A stretch of 64,000 nucleotides of DNA from Octopus vulgaris (taxonomy: Eukaryota): positions 21,576,001-21,640,000 of the forward strand of contig OX597838.1 in NCBI GenBank assembly GCA_951406725.2, written 5' to 3'. The notes beneath the pieces are model-generated. The model saw nothing but the letters and a program-made list of their open reading frames with translations, made no database searches and had not been told where the DNA came from. Positions 27,196 to 41,390 of the stretch are shown one piece after another. The position numbers were made by a program, and so were the translations under genes. Every line of letters starts with the position of its first letter. Position 1 is the first letter of the stretch.

Positions 27196-28755
27196 CCTGA
27201 AGCGAGAGAAAGAGAGAAGTAGGCTGGTAGACAGAGAGACATATAGACAGATTCACGAGCATAATGATGGCTAACTGGATAGAAGAATAACTAGTAGATT
27301 TACACGAAATAGTAGGACCTCCTAAGTCACACGAAAGTCCTTTTACTAGTTTGCATCCAGTCACAGATACCACTAGGGACTAGGATACTTCTAGATATAA
27401 AGGCATTACATATTTTAAAAAAACATACCCCAAAATCCAACTTTGTTTCGCAAGCTATACACCCAACTATAACACTTTAACACACTTACTGTAAGAGATT
27501 TCAACGCACACAACACATCCTGGTGTAAAAACAATAGGAATAACACAAGAGGTGATACTATTAACACAGCAGAATTCCCATTCCACTCGGAGCGACTGCC
27601 AAGCATGAGAACTCGTTTGTTTACAAGAAAGCACATAGTTACAAATATATTCTAGTCATTGAGCTGATGGTGAGATGTGCTAAAAATAACAGCTAAATAA
27701 GTCTTAAATCACGCATCCCCAAACTTTTTGTTTTGGATTTTAATCGTATGAATTCCCGTGTGTAGAATACAAATTCGCAGCAATTTTCTGAAAATTCCAA
27801 CAAATAAAAAAATTATAAGAGGTTATGTGGCATGCGTAAAGCGGAATTTCATTTGTTTACAGTTCGCATCACGTGCTGTCACGCACAAAATGACAGCTTC
27901 CAAATCCTGTTTTCTGTGTGGGTAAAAATGATCAAACTTTAAACCTCTCTAACATTTCTAAAAAAATTTTTTTCTGGAAAATGTGAAGTATCTCCTGAGA
28001 TCCAGCTTGAAAAATTACATTAATGTACCAAATTAAAAAAAAAATTCAATAGACATTGAATTTTCGAAAAATGGCAGCCAAACGGAAAAGATGCGGAGTC
28101 GTATAAAAAAAATATTAAAATATTTTGTGCGTTGTAGAAATATAACACACAAATAAAATCTTCCATGGGCCCCAGTTTGGAACCACTGGTTTAAATAACG
28201 AAAGACAATTACTGCAGAAAACGCGGCCCCAGATGGTCACTGCGCAAAGAACCACGCAAGATGGTGACGACTGGGAATAAACTTCTGATTATAAAACTGC
28301 TTGAACGAGGGTCAACTCGAAGCTAAACAACGGAGAACTAGACGCACAGATACACGTACACACAAAGCATATACATACACATATACATACACACATATAT
28401 ATATACATATACACAAATACAAACGCATACATCATCCTCTCATTATCTCACGCGTTCACCACAATCGCTAAGGTTAACGACTATTTCACATCCATCAAAC
28501 ATAATATCCTCTCTCGGTTTTTATCTTCTAATACTCTGCTGTGTGTGTGTGTGTGTGTGTGTGTGTGAGTATGCTCCCCAGCATGTCGTCCTCGCCCATT
28601 TTTTGTTGTCTCACTTCCTTTTTTTTTTTTGCAAGCTTCCCACACACCCCTTTCCACACCTCTCCTCTCCTCTCCTCTCGTGCACCCCTTAAATTTGACT
28701 CATCCCTCATTTACCCACGAATGCACATACATACATACATACATACATACATACA

Positions 28756-28791
<36 letters not shown>

Positions 28792-28869
28792 TATATATGC
28801 CTACATACACTCATATATACACATACATACATACATATATATGCCTACATACATTCCTATACACAGATG

Positions 28870-28901
<32 letters not shown>

Positions 28902-29310
28902 CAAACATACATGCACATGCATATATACATGCATACATATACATACATACATACATACATACATACATACATACATACACAAGCAGACACACAGGCGCAC
29001 GAACACAAATTTATATATGTATACACATAACTGTACAATCATACGCAAATAGATAAATATACAACACACACACATATATATACACACATACGTATGCTCA
29101 CACACACACACATACGTATAGATATGTATCCGCACACATACATATATACATACATGCATCCGTACCTAAAGCACGAGACCGCATGCGCGTACACACACAT
29201 GTAATGTTATTTATACCATAAAAGTCCTGTAGTGGCACGGAGGAAATGTCATTGATAATTTAGAGATTATATTGGGAAACAGTAGGAACCTGTGTCCTGT
29301 CTGGTCGACC

Positions 29311-29395
<85 letters not shown>

Positions 29396-29424
29396 CCTAC
29401 CTACCTACCTACCTACTTACCTAC

Positions 29425-29540
<116 letters not shown>

Positions 29541-29605
29541 CATCCATCCATCCATCCATCCATCTATCTATCTATCTAGTAACCTACCCCAATATCTTTG
29601 TCAAG

Positions 29606-29885
29606 GACTATCATCTCTTTGGCCCCACGAAAGAGGGTTTGAGAGTCAAACATTATTCCAGTGACGAGGAAGTGAAAACTGTAGTGAAGAAGTGGCTCAA
29701 AGAACAGTCAACAGAATTTTACGGGGCAGGGTGGAACATTATTATTGAGAGATATGGTGATGATGTTGAGAAGTAGGGATGTGATCCACAGAGGACCAGC
29801 TTCATTTTGATGTACGATACATGTTCCTATGCTGGTAATTATACCTGTCCTAAACAAAATGGCATTACTTTTTGATTCACCCTCG
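29606..29885 (+). mobile_element. Mariner transposon 3' relic (transposase C-terminus plus right TIR)
   Basis: 29606-29776 reads DYHLFGPTKEGLRVKHYSSDEEVKTVVKKWLKEQSTEFYGAG-WNIIIERYGDDVEK*, a typical mariner C-terminus following the SPDLAPSD motif; ends ttactttttgattcaccctcg plus TA. Confidence 0.85.
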
Positions 29886-30579
29886 TAGTATTATCCACGA
29901 GCTACAAAAAGCGTATGATACCTGACAACTACATCCTATCGTCAGAAACAATACAAGGGCGATGGACTAGTAGAACCAATAGAACAGTATTTGTTTTTGA
30001 TGTCTACGTTTCGAGTTCAAATCCGACAGAGGTGAGCTTCTTTCATTTATTCCGGTCCGCGGGACTCTCTGGATATCGCATCTAACGAAAAATTACCTTT
30101 AATTAAATTTTTTTTAGGCAGTGCGGCATGATGAACCATGTTTCATGCGGCCCGCTTCTCGAAGAAGATTATCCATGCGTGAAATAAACTACCAGTTAAG
30201 TACCAGGGTTCATTTAATTGACCAAATTCTTCACCAAAATTTCTGGCCAGTTACCTAGACAAAACATCGTTGTCATGGGTTCAAACCCTGACAAGGCGAA
30301 CCTTTGTCTTCACTACTTCGTCGTCAATGAAAATGAAGTACCAGCTTAATACAGGGGTCAATCTAATCGACTGATCTCTGGCCCTGCCCCACAATATCAT
30401 TAGCCTTGACTCTAGATTTGAAACCATTATTATTTCTGATAATTAACTTAAATCCTGACCTTCTTCGTTTTCGTCCCTCCGAGAATCGTAAATTGAAGCG
30501 TAATTGTATTAACCGTCCCACTCTGCCCCTGCCCAGAGACCCTTATGACCTTGTACCCAAGTTAGAAATCATATTTGCA

Positions 30580-30610
30580 TTCATCATCGTCATCATCGTC
30601 ATCATCGTCG

Positions 30611-30642
<32 letters not shown>

Positions 30643-31135
30643 GCTGCCATCCCCACCCATCCCACCACCATCGCCACCAGCACTATTACCACCACCATCA
30701 TCATCATCAACGTCGTCGTTGTCGTTGTGGTCGCCGTCTACGTTTTTAGCGTCATCGTCTTCATCATCATCATCATCATCGTCATCACTGCCACCAGTAC
30801 CATCTTCTCCTCCTCCTTCTCATCATCATCATCATCATCATCATCGTTATATCATCATAATTGTCGTCATCATCACTACCACCACCACCACCATCATCAC
30901 CCCCTCCATCATCATCATCATCACCACCACCACCACCACCACCACCACCATCGTCATCATCATCACCACCACCACCATCACCACAACATCATCACCACCA
31001 CCACCATCATCATTATCATCATCACCACCACCACGACCACCACCACGACCACCATCACCACCAATACCACGCAACCAACAGAACCAGCCCCCCCTCCACC
31101 TCCACCTCCACCGTCGTCGTCTTCGTCGTCATCGT
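30580..31135. repeat. Compound (CAT/CAC/CGT)n low-complexity tract
   Basis: Directly visible. Confidence 0.9.
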
Positions 31136-32200
31136 TCTTTTTGTTTTTCCTTCGGCTTTGCAGCCCAGCCTGACCCAGATTATAATAGCTCAGGTCATTG
31201 TTTGTGGTGTGTGCCTGTACCACCAGCTTCCTGTCTTTTAATGGTAAAGCTAAGGAAGTGAGTGTGGGGTGTGGGGGTGGGGAGGAGGTTAGGGGTTTAG
31301 CGCTGGCAAAGAGATTTCTTCACCGTACCACGAAGATATTACTCAACTGAGCCTCGCTACATACACACATGCACGCACACACATACACACACATCCACGC
31401 ATACATTCACACATACATACGTACATGCACACACGAACACACACTCTCAAACACACACATACACACAAGCACACACACACATACACACACGCATGCTCAT
31501 AGACACGCACAAACTCGCACAAACCCACACATATACACACATACACACATGCACACTCAAACACACGCACATGCACACACGCACACTCACATACACAGAC
31601 GCACGCACACTCATACACACACTCTCTCTCTAACACACACACACACACACGCACATACACATGCACACACACACATACATACACACACATACTCTCTCTC
31701 TATCACACGCACATTCTCTCTCTAACACACACGCACGCACATACACATGTACACATACACATGCATACACATACACACACACTCTCTCTGTCTGTAACAC
31801 ACACTCTCTCTCACTAACACGCACACACACTTTCTCTTTAACACACACATACACACAGGCACATACACATGCGCACACACACATACACACACATATATAT
31901 ACACACACACTCTCCCTCTGTTTCTAACACACACACACACACACACGCGGGCGCACTGGGGCGAATATTTCTTGTGTGTTTGGACAAAGAACAAACAGCC
32001 CCAGATAACAACGTGTTTTATTTTGGGTCACTTTCCCTAAGTGGAGACACTTGCTCAGCTCCGTTTCTGTTTGTATGTGACTTAGGTAAGATTTTTTAGT
32101 CTTACAGAAGGACACAGAATGCCTGACTAACAGATTACTCCTTCCAGGAAAGAACAAACGCGTACACGCAGGCACACACGAGCGCACGTGCATACGTATA

Positions 32201-32376
32201 CGGCGTGGCTGTGCGTTAAGAAGCTTGCTTATCAACCACGTGGTTCCGGGTTCAGTCCCACAGCGTGTTGTCTTGGGCAAGTGTCTTTCACTAAAGCCTT
32301 GGGGCAATCTACATTTTCTGAGTGGATTTAGTTGATGGTAACTGAAAGAAGCCCGTCACACACACACACTCACACA

Positions 32377-32408
<32 letters not shown>

Positions 32409-32650
32409 TATGTGTATGTGTGTATGTATGTGTATGTGTGTGTATGTGTGTGCGTGTGTCTTTGTGTCTGTGTTTGTCCCCAGCCACTGCTTGATAAAAG
32501 CTGTTGGTGTGTTTACGTCCTCGAAACCAAGCATTTTGACAGAAGTAATCGGTTCTATAAGTACCAGGCTTTAAAAAAAAAAAGGAAAAATACACTTGGA
32601 TTCGATTCATTCGACTAAAAATTCTTCAAAGCGGTCCTCCAGCATGGCCA
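32201..32650 (+). mobile_element. SINE family A, diverged full copy
   Basis: Head, internal (CA)n then (TG)n, and 3' module. Confidence 0.75.
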
Positions 32651-33046
32651 CAACATATATATATGTGTGGTAAGAAGCTTGCTTACCAAACACATGGCTC
32701 CGGGGTCAGTCCCACTGCGTGGCACCTTCGGCAACCAACACATAAATTCAACCACATATTTACAAAGACCGGGAACTCTCTTGGCTCAAAATAGCTGGTC
32801 GCTTTATTAGCAACCGGCTTGAACGCTCTCAAGAAAAACTTTAATTAAACTCTAAGAAAAAATATACAAATATACATATATACATACATACATATACATA
32901 CATACATACATACATACATACATACATACATACATACATACATACATACATACATACATAGATACATGCATGCATATATACATTCATACATACATACATA
33001 TACATAGATACATACATACATGCATGCATGCATACATACATATATA

Positions 33047-33078
<32 letters not shown>

Positions 33079-33361
33079 CATACATGCATACATGCATGCA
33101 TGCATGCATACATACATAACAGTTCTTCATCTGAGGTTCTTATGTGAATAGATGCACATACATGGGTGTGTGCATCGATTACTCCACCAACACACCAACT
33201 CAATTACATGTCTATTAATACCGGGAACTCTCTCAACTCAAGTCGCCTGATCGCTTCGTTAGCGATCGGCTTGAACTCTCCTAAGAAGAACTAAAATAAA
33301 ATTCAAAGAAAAACCACGCACACACACACACACACGCACACACATGCACACATACATGCAC

Positions 33362-33393
<32 letters not shown>

Positions 33394-34052
33394 ACACACA
33401 TATGCTCACATACAGATGCTATGGCCTACAAATACAGAGATATTTTTAAGGATGAAAGAAAATGAAATTTTTTAAAGCTACTTAAAGTGTCTCAAGTGCT
33501 GTAGATAGCGAAATACATCTGGTTGAGCATATCGGTAAATAAAAAAATAAAGATATAGTAATTAAAGACAGTAAAACGAAATGATGTATTAAATATGGTA
33601 TTAAGGAAAAATAAAAAAGAAATTGAAGTTGCGTTTAAGATAAAAATATCAAATATCCGATAAGATTTGGTGAATATGGCATCTAATCTTATATGTGTGC
33701 GTATGTGTGTGTGCGTGCGTATATATGAAAAAGCGTGTTCTTGTGTATATACGTAATTTGATACTTTTTTTTCAAGCGTAATCTAGAACTGCACTGCAAA
33801 CAGAACACATATTTTAAAACTAAGCCTGGATGAAAAACGCAAATGTCGTTTGCAAGAGGTGGCACAGAAGATGCTCTGGATTGGATGTAACAAGACTCGG
33901 TACAATAACACATATACGGACGTATGTATATATATATATGAATAAATGCACGCAAAAGTATACTCACGTACAGCCACAAACACATCCACACACACAACAC
34001 ACACACGTAAACAAACATGCTTATATGTAAGTGACTGTGTGTGAGAGTGTGT

Positions 34053-34118
<66 letters not shown>

Positions 34119-34274
34119 ACATATATATATATATGTATACATATATATATATATAAAGGTTAATATAAATAAGGGGCACGTATTAATAAATGTTTATATG
34201 TTATATATATATTATACGCAAATTATATATATGTGTATATACCTATGTGTGTGTATATATATTTCTTTATATTT

Positions 34275-34606
34275 GACTCCAGTGCGTAACTGGTACTTTA
34301 TTTATCGACACCGAAAGGATGAAAGGCAAAGTTGACCTCGGCGGAATTTGAACCCAGAACGTAACGGCAGACGAAATACCTATTTCTTTACTACCCACAA
34401 GGGACTAAACACAGAGAGGACAAACAAGGACAGACACACAGATGAAGCCGATTACATCGACTCCAGTGCGCAACTGGTACTTATTTATCGCCGCCGAAAG
34501 GATGAAAGGCAAAGTTGATCTCGGCGGAATTTGAACCCAGAACGTAACGGCAGACGAAATACCGCTAAGCATTTCGCCCGGTGTGCTAACGTTTCTGCCA
34601 GCTCGC
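34275..34606 (-). mobile_element. SINE family B with internal ~180-bp unit duplicated
   Basis: Two copies of aaaggatgaaaggcaaagttgacctcggcggaatttgaacccagaacgtaacggcagacgaaatacc. Confidence 0.85.
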
Positions 34607-35282
34607 AGACTAAGACCTTCCTTAAAATAGTAACTACAATAATAATAAACTGAATAAGCAAAAATATAGGTCGCTATCCACATAAGTAAGCATTTGAAAG
34701 TGTATATGTATTTTGGCGCATGGGTGTATATCATGGACCATGTATTTATCTGAGTGTGTATGTGTGTGTAGAGAGAGAGGGGGCTGGTGGGTGGTACGTA
34801 TATTCGTTCTTTATTTTCTTAGACAACATTTATCGGGTCTTAATAAACCCCTTAAAAGCTATACATCTGTACTATATGCGTATTTATTATCCATCTTCGT
34901 TTCATAAATATTTACAATACATACACGTCTTAACGCATATTTACATCACGTACATACATACATACATACATACATACATACATACATACATACATACGTA
35001 CCTAATTACATTTGCTCGCACGTACATACACGTATACACACGCACATATGTCTATAGAAGAGGCTATGAAAGTCTGGCAAAGTGGATGATGATTTTAGGA
35101 AGTCCCTTTCAAATATACTCAAGGAACTCCCAAGAAAATACGATGGAAAAAAAAATGAAAAAAATGATAAAACAATGACACAGTCAGGTTTTCAGTATAT
35201 ATCCCAAAAATTGTTGTCCCAATATATTTGTGTGAGTGTGTGTGTGCGCACGCACATATGTACAATAAATACATATGCATAT

Positions 35283-35337
<55 letters not shown>

Positions 35338-35724
35338 ATAATTTTATTATTTCTGAATGTCTGAGCGAGAAACATTCAGTAACTGTACTCTGGAGTAAAG
35401 ATTATTTGCCAACATAATGTGGGAGTCCTGGTTAGGACGAATGCTACTGCTGTTTAACCCTAGGAAACGTCGTCTCCAGCTGGTTATACGCCACACTATC
35501 TGTGTCCTTATATTTTTTAGAACAAGACAATTTAGTATCCCCACTCAGCACAAAACAATATCTGTGTATTGAGATTTCTGGGTTATTTCTCTTCATCAGC
35601 ACACAATAACTGTGCCGCTAGAGTTGGCGCTGCTAAACTCTTGTTCGAAATGTATAGTTTTCAAAATATAAGGACACATATACTAACGGAGAATTAAGTC
35701 CGGAATCTGCCGAAGTCGAGCCAG

Positions 35725-35777
35725 TCCTTACTGATGAGGCAAAGGAAATTGCCGAAACTGACCGGTCAGTGTAGGGA
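35725..35777 (+). ncRNA. Type-I hammerhead ribozyme motif (GUG at the cleavage triplet)
   Basis: tcctta-CTGATGA-ggcaa aggaaa ttgcc-GAAAC-tgaccggtca-GTG-taggga; all three stems pair; stem III is the 14-nt palindrome actgaccggtcagt. Confidence 0.7.
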
Positions 35778-35974
35778 ATTCTCGATCAGCGTTTCTCGGG
35801 CGATTATAGTTTCTGTCAGTGTATACGTATACAATTATGTGGTTTGACTACAGCATTAGAGCATTTTAGCTCATATTTATAGCAATGTAAGCGTTTCTAA
35901 CAACCTAGCTACATTTAGTGACAATTATAGATTTCCCTTTCGGTAAAACATTGTGGACTGCTGTCTATATTAAT

Positions 35975-36010
<36 letters not shown>

Positions 36011-36035
36011 CATACATACATACATACATACATAC

Positions 36036-36066
<31 letters not shown>

Positions 36067-36084
36067 CATACATACATACATACA

Positions 36085-36120
<36 letters not shown>

Positions 36121-36184
36121 TATATATAATATATATGTATATGTATGTAATGTATGTATATAAATACATACATACATACATATT

Positions 36185-36234
<50 letters not shown>

Positions 36235-36434
36235 CACATATATATGTATATATACCTGCATGTATGGGTACATATAAAAAAAACGTCAACAAAATGAGAA
36301 ACGAGAACGTAAAAAAAAAACAAAAAAAAAAACATAGAAAACGAACTTTTTTTCGAAGAACGAAAGAAACAAATAGAGAAATGAGACCGACAACGTAAAG
36401 AACATATGGTTATATGTAGGAATTCTCTCTTTGG

Positions 36435-36871
36435 CTCTTTTACTCTTTTACTTGTTTCAGTCATTTGACTGTGGCCATGCTGGAGCACCAACTTTTTAGT
36501 CGAGCAAATCGACCCCAGGACTTATTCTTCGTAAGTCTACTACTTATTCTATCGGTTTCTTTTGCCGATCCGCTAATTTACGGGGAACATAAACACACCA
36601 GCATCGGTTGTCAAGCGATGTTGGGGGAGGGGGGACAAACACAGACACATAAACATATACACACACATACATACATACATATATAAATATATATATATAT
36701 ACATACATATATACGACGGGCTTCTTTCAGTTTCCGTCTACCAAATCCACTCACAAGGCTTTGGTCGCACCTAGGCTATAGTAGAAGACACTTGTCCAAG
36801 GTGTCACGCAGTTGGACTGAACCCGAAACCATGTAGTTGGTAAGCAAGCTACTTACCACGTAGCCACTCCT
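36435..36871 (-). mobile_element. SINE family A, full length
   Basis: Reverse complement of the A consensus. Confidence 0.9.
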
Positions 36872-36882
36872 ATATGTATACT

Positions 36883-36932
<50 letters not shown>

Positions 36933-36965
36933 GAGATGTATAGATAGATAAACAGGCAGACAGAC

Positions 36966-37033
<68 letters not shown>

Positions 37034-37494
37034 GGATAGATAGATAGATAGATATAGCTATATAGATATGTATGTACAGAGAGCTGAGTATGTGTTTGTA
37101 TGTCCAAATCGAGACTTCTTTTCCACCACAAATACGTGCCATAAACAGACAATTTGTCAGAAGCGCCGTGACTATTGCGACCTTCGTAACATTCCCATTC
37201 AAACCTAACCACCTCGTTCCCCACCCCACGCAGCACCACCACCACCACCACCGGCTCCCACCAGCCCCACCCTCGTCACCATCAAATCAGACGTCCAACA
37301 TCAGCTATCACGACCAACCTCATACATACCCCGTCACCTCTCACAGCATTCTCCCCCCCCCCCCCCCCCTTACCGTCATACCTCCGCCATCACTGTCACA
37401 CCTCCGCCTCCGTCTCCGCTAATACTCACCCCTCTCTCCCTCCATCATCTTCACATCAGCACTCGGTCCAATGCCCTCACTGCCATCATGCCAT

Positions 37495-37715
37495 AAATAT
37501 CACCACCACCACCACCACCACCACCACCACCACCACCACTACCACAACTACAACCACCAGCACCACCAACGCCACCACCACTACCACCACCACCACCACC
37601 ACCACCACCACCACCACCACCACCACCACCCAAACCACAGCCACCACGGCCACAACCACAACCACAACCACCACCAGTACAACCACCATCACCACCACCA
37701 ACACCACCACAAGAG
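37495..37715. repeat. (CAC)n microsatellite
   Basis: Directly visible. Confidence 0.9.
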
Positions 37716-37977
37716 CCACCTCCTCTGTCTACCATATCTCCCTCCTCCCATCACTCCTTTTTTATCGCCAAAAATATCGAAATTCTTTAGGGATGGTTAT
37801 ATCACATAGGTGTCGGTGTCGGTGGTGGTGATGGTGATGGTACTGGAGGGGCTGATGGTTTTAGTGGTGAAGTTAGAGGTGGTGGTGGTGACGGTGATGG
37901 TGGTAGCGACGTCATTGGCGGCGGTGGCAGTGGTAGTGGTGTTGGTTGGTGGTGGTGGTGGTGAGTTGATGATTCAG

Positions 37978-38190
37978 TTGGCAGAATGATTACCGAGTCG
38001 GACAAAACGCTAAGTGGCATCACTTCCGACTTAACTTTCTGAGTTCGAATTCCTCCGACGTCGACATTGCCTTTCATCCATTCAGGGGCGATAGAATAAG
38101 TACCAGTCGAGCACTGGGTTGGGGGGTCGATGTAATTGACTTACACCCTCCCCCTAAATTTCCACTCCTTGCACCTAGAGTACATACAAT
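37978..38190 (+). mobile_element. SINE family B (diverged)
   Basis: gagttcgaattcctccgacgtcgacattgcctttcatccattcaggggcgatagaataagtaccag. Confidence 0.7.
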
Positions 38191-38320
38191 TATTGGTGTT
38201 AGTAAGGTGGTGGTAGAGACGGGGGAGGTGGTTATGATGGCACTGGGGAGGTAGTGGCGTTGAATATGTTTGTGGTGTTATTGGAGGTGGAGTCGTGTTG
38301 GTGATGGTGGGATGATTACA

Positions 38321-38538
38321 TATTGTTGGGCAACCTGAGGCTGGTCTTAGCCAGCGAAAAATTGCCGAAAATCTTCAAATTCCTCTTGCTACTGTTAATA
38401 GAATTATAGTGCAATGGAAAAGCCAAGGCAAAGAATCAACAGATTCTCGTTCCGGCCGACCTGGGCCCTCGGAAAGGAAGCTTCACTGTTTGAAGAGAAT
38501 TGAGGAAAACGAACCCCGTTCGAAGGCTTCTGACATTG
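38321..38538 (+). pseudogene. Tc1 transposase N-terminal fragment lying outside the TIRs
   Basis: Reads IVGQPEAGLSQRKIAENLQIPLATVNRIIVQWKSQGKESTDSRSGRPGPSERKLHCLKRIEENEPRSKASDI (paired-like HTH plus GRP motif). Confidence 0.8.
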
Positions 38539-38571
38539 GAGTCGTGTTGGTGATGGTAGGATGATTACATA

Positions 38572-39000
38572 CACAGACATGCAGGAAGTAAATAGACACC
38601 TTTAATTTTCAAAATTTCTGATCTAAGCGTCTTAATATGTTTTCAGCAGTGTAGAATTTACATTGTAATTATTCTATTTCATTCCAGGTGCCATTATATT
38701 AAACATTTGCGAAGAGTAACCATGCCACACACAAAAAAATTCAGCAGAACAGTCAAATTTTCAAAGAGATTGTATTGTTGGGCAACCGGAGACTGGTCTT
38801 AGCCAGCGAAAAATTGCCGAAAATTTTCAAATTCCTCTTGAAAAACATCCAGAAGTTAGTCCAAGAACGTGTGTTACATATCTGTATAAGCTTGGGTATT
38901 ATGGACGAGCAGCTAGAAGGAAACCTCTCCTTCAACCAATTAATATCAAATAAAGGATTTGGAAAATTAAAGGTGTCTATTTACTTCCTGCATGTCTGTG
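38572..39000 (+). mobile_element. Internally deleted Tc1-like DNA transposon
   Basis: Perfect 39-bp TIRs (38572-38610 / 38962-39000), TA on both sides; internal HPEVSPRTCVTYLYKLGYYGRAARRKPLL Tc1 motif. Confidence 0.9.
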
Positions 39001-39044
39001 TATATGTATGTATGTGTGTGTGTGTGTGTGTGTGTAGTTCAAAT

Positions 39045-39180
39045 GTACAGAAAAGAAGACAAAGACAGATGAGGGAGCCACAAGCAGGTGTATTAGTTTC
39101 ACGCTCGGGGAAAAAGGAAAAGTCTTTGACGTTCAGAGCTTACGCTTTTCGACAGAAAAGGATGGGAGTAAAAAAATAGA
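39045..39180 (-). mobile_element. Penelope-like element P1, degenerate
   Basis: Reverse complement similarity to 8070-8240 and 26790-26950. Confidence 0.55.
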
Positions 39181-40080
39181 GAACGAGCGAGGTGGTGGTG
39201 GTGGTTGTGGTGAGGGTGAGAGGTGGTAGTGGTGGTGATCGTCGTTGTCGCCGACGTCGTCATCCTTGTAGTAGTAGTAGTAGTAGTAGCTGCTGCTGTT
39301 GTTGTTGTTGTTTTTGTAATGTAAGGGGTATTTCTCTGGTTGAGAGCCTTGCCCAGGAGCAACAATTTTCTCTGGCTGATTGGAAAAGGGAATTGAGGAA
39401 TTTTAAGGGACTTGGCAGGGCCGGGTATGAAAGCAGATGGCTGACGGTAATGATGGTGGTGGTGATGGTGGTAGTGGTGGTGGAGGCATCGGTGGCAGTG
39501 GTGCTTGTGCTAGTGGCGGCAGCGGCGGCGGCGGTGGTGGGGCGCTTGGGCTTGTAGCGTGTAATATACGTGTGTTGTGTAATGTGTGTGTTAGTGCGTT
39601 AATGCTTGTATGTATAAGCTCCGCTCGTTCTCTGTATGTGTAAGTGTGTGTGTGTGTACATGTGTGTTATTGCGTATGTATCTGTGTTTGTGGGGGTTTT
39701 GTGGCGGGCATGTATGTGCGTATGCATGTGTGTGCGGAGTGTTGTTACGTGTGTGTGTGCGTGTGTGTGTGCGTGTGTGTGTGTGTGTGTGTATGAGACT
39801 GTTGTCATTTGCTCCGTACGTCTGTGCTTTCATATCATTGCTTATATGTGTGTGTGTGTGTGAAGATGTATGCGTGTGCTTGTGTGTGTCTATGTGTGCG
39901 TGTGTGTCTATGTGTGTGTGTGAGTTGCGCGCGCGCGAAGTTCTATCATTTTTCGTCCTTTGTTTTTCTTTTCATGCACATCTCTCTTCAAACAACAGCT
40001 GCGATCTGTGCACAAGGCTAACCGACGGTTTCGGGGGGAGGTCGGGCGTTCAGAATAAGAGTAGCTAACCACGCACATAA

Positions 40081-40140
<60 letters not shown>

Positions 40141-40239
40141 TCCAACGCACACACACACACATACACACTCATACATACACATACATACACACACATATGC
40201 GCACACGCATATGTGTGTACACAGAGACAAACTCGCTTG

Positions 40240-40281
<42 letters not shown>

Positions 40282-40446
40282 ATATGTATATATATACATA
40301 TATATATACATATATATTCATATATTGTATGTATATATATATACATAACTACACACACACATATATACATCTGTGTGGGTATATACATAAATATATATAT
40401 ACATATATACATGTTTTATCTGTATATATTGACATATATATGTATG

Positions 40447-40477
<31 letters not shown>

Positions 40478-40925
40478 ATGTACATATTACAACGTGAAGT
40501 TATATATATATACATACATACACACACACACACTCACATATATTTATTAGAGGGAAACAGCGTGTGTGTGTGTGACCCACGAATTTCACCGACTTCCGTT
40601 GCGAAAAACAAAGGATTTGGTAATCACTAACAATGTCAACAATTCCAACCTAATTTTGTCAGAGAACATAAAATAAACAATGTCACGCGTGTCCCGAACG
40701 CAGACAAAACAGGAAGGCAGAGGTCGGCAGGGGAGACACGATACGAACTGGTGAAGCACGGTTTGTTTTCGAGCACTTTAACCACCGGGCCATCTGAGGC
40801 GCGCTCTCTGTCTCACTGTGTTTTGAGACTCCAGCAGTAGAGAAATCCGTGTTAAACGGGTAAGATAAGGTTGTTGGTGTTGTTGTTGCTGTTTCGCCCC
40901 TGGGTGTCAGTGACGATTGAAACGC

Positions 40926-41390
40926 TGTGGCTGTGTAGTAAGAAGCTTGCTTCCCAACCACATGGTTCCGAGTTCAGTCTCATTGCGTGGCACCTTGAGC
41001 AAGTGTCTTCTACTCTAGCCTCGGGCCGATCAAAGCATTGTGAGTGGATTTGGTAGATGGAAACTGAAAGAAGCACATCGTACATAGACATATATATATG
41101 TGTGTGTGTGTGTGTGTGTATGTGTGTCCTATGCTCGTGTGAGTGTTTGTGTGTACCCACATCCGGTGTTCCATGGCCATTGTAAACGAGCGTCACCGTT
41201 GCGCAAGCGATGTCCATCGATTCGAATCTTTCAAGAAAACGTGTCCCTACATGGGGAAACCTTTACCTTGGTTGCTCAGAAACGGGTGAGGAATGACTAC
41301 AGGAAGGGCGTGAAGCCATTGGGAATCTACATCAAGGAATTTCCGTCTGATCCATGCCAGAAAGGAAAAAGGGGACACCAAATGTTATGA
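40926..41390 (+). mobile_element. SINE with family A head and a different 3' tail ending in (GAT)n
   Basis: A head 40926-41080, (TG)n, then a tail containing caggaagggcgtg...ttccgtctgatccatgccag followed by (GAT)n. Confidence 0.7.

Noticed and set aside
27770-28190. Possible DNA transposon with hAT-like end (gggccccagtttggaaccactg)
   Set aside because: No matching second TIR or TSD found; similar unresolved remnants at 1020-1110, 24150-24330 and 30120-30182
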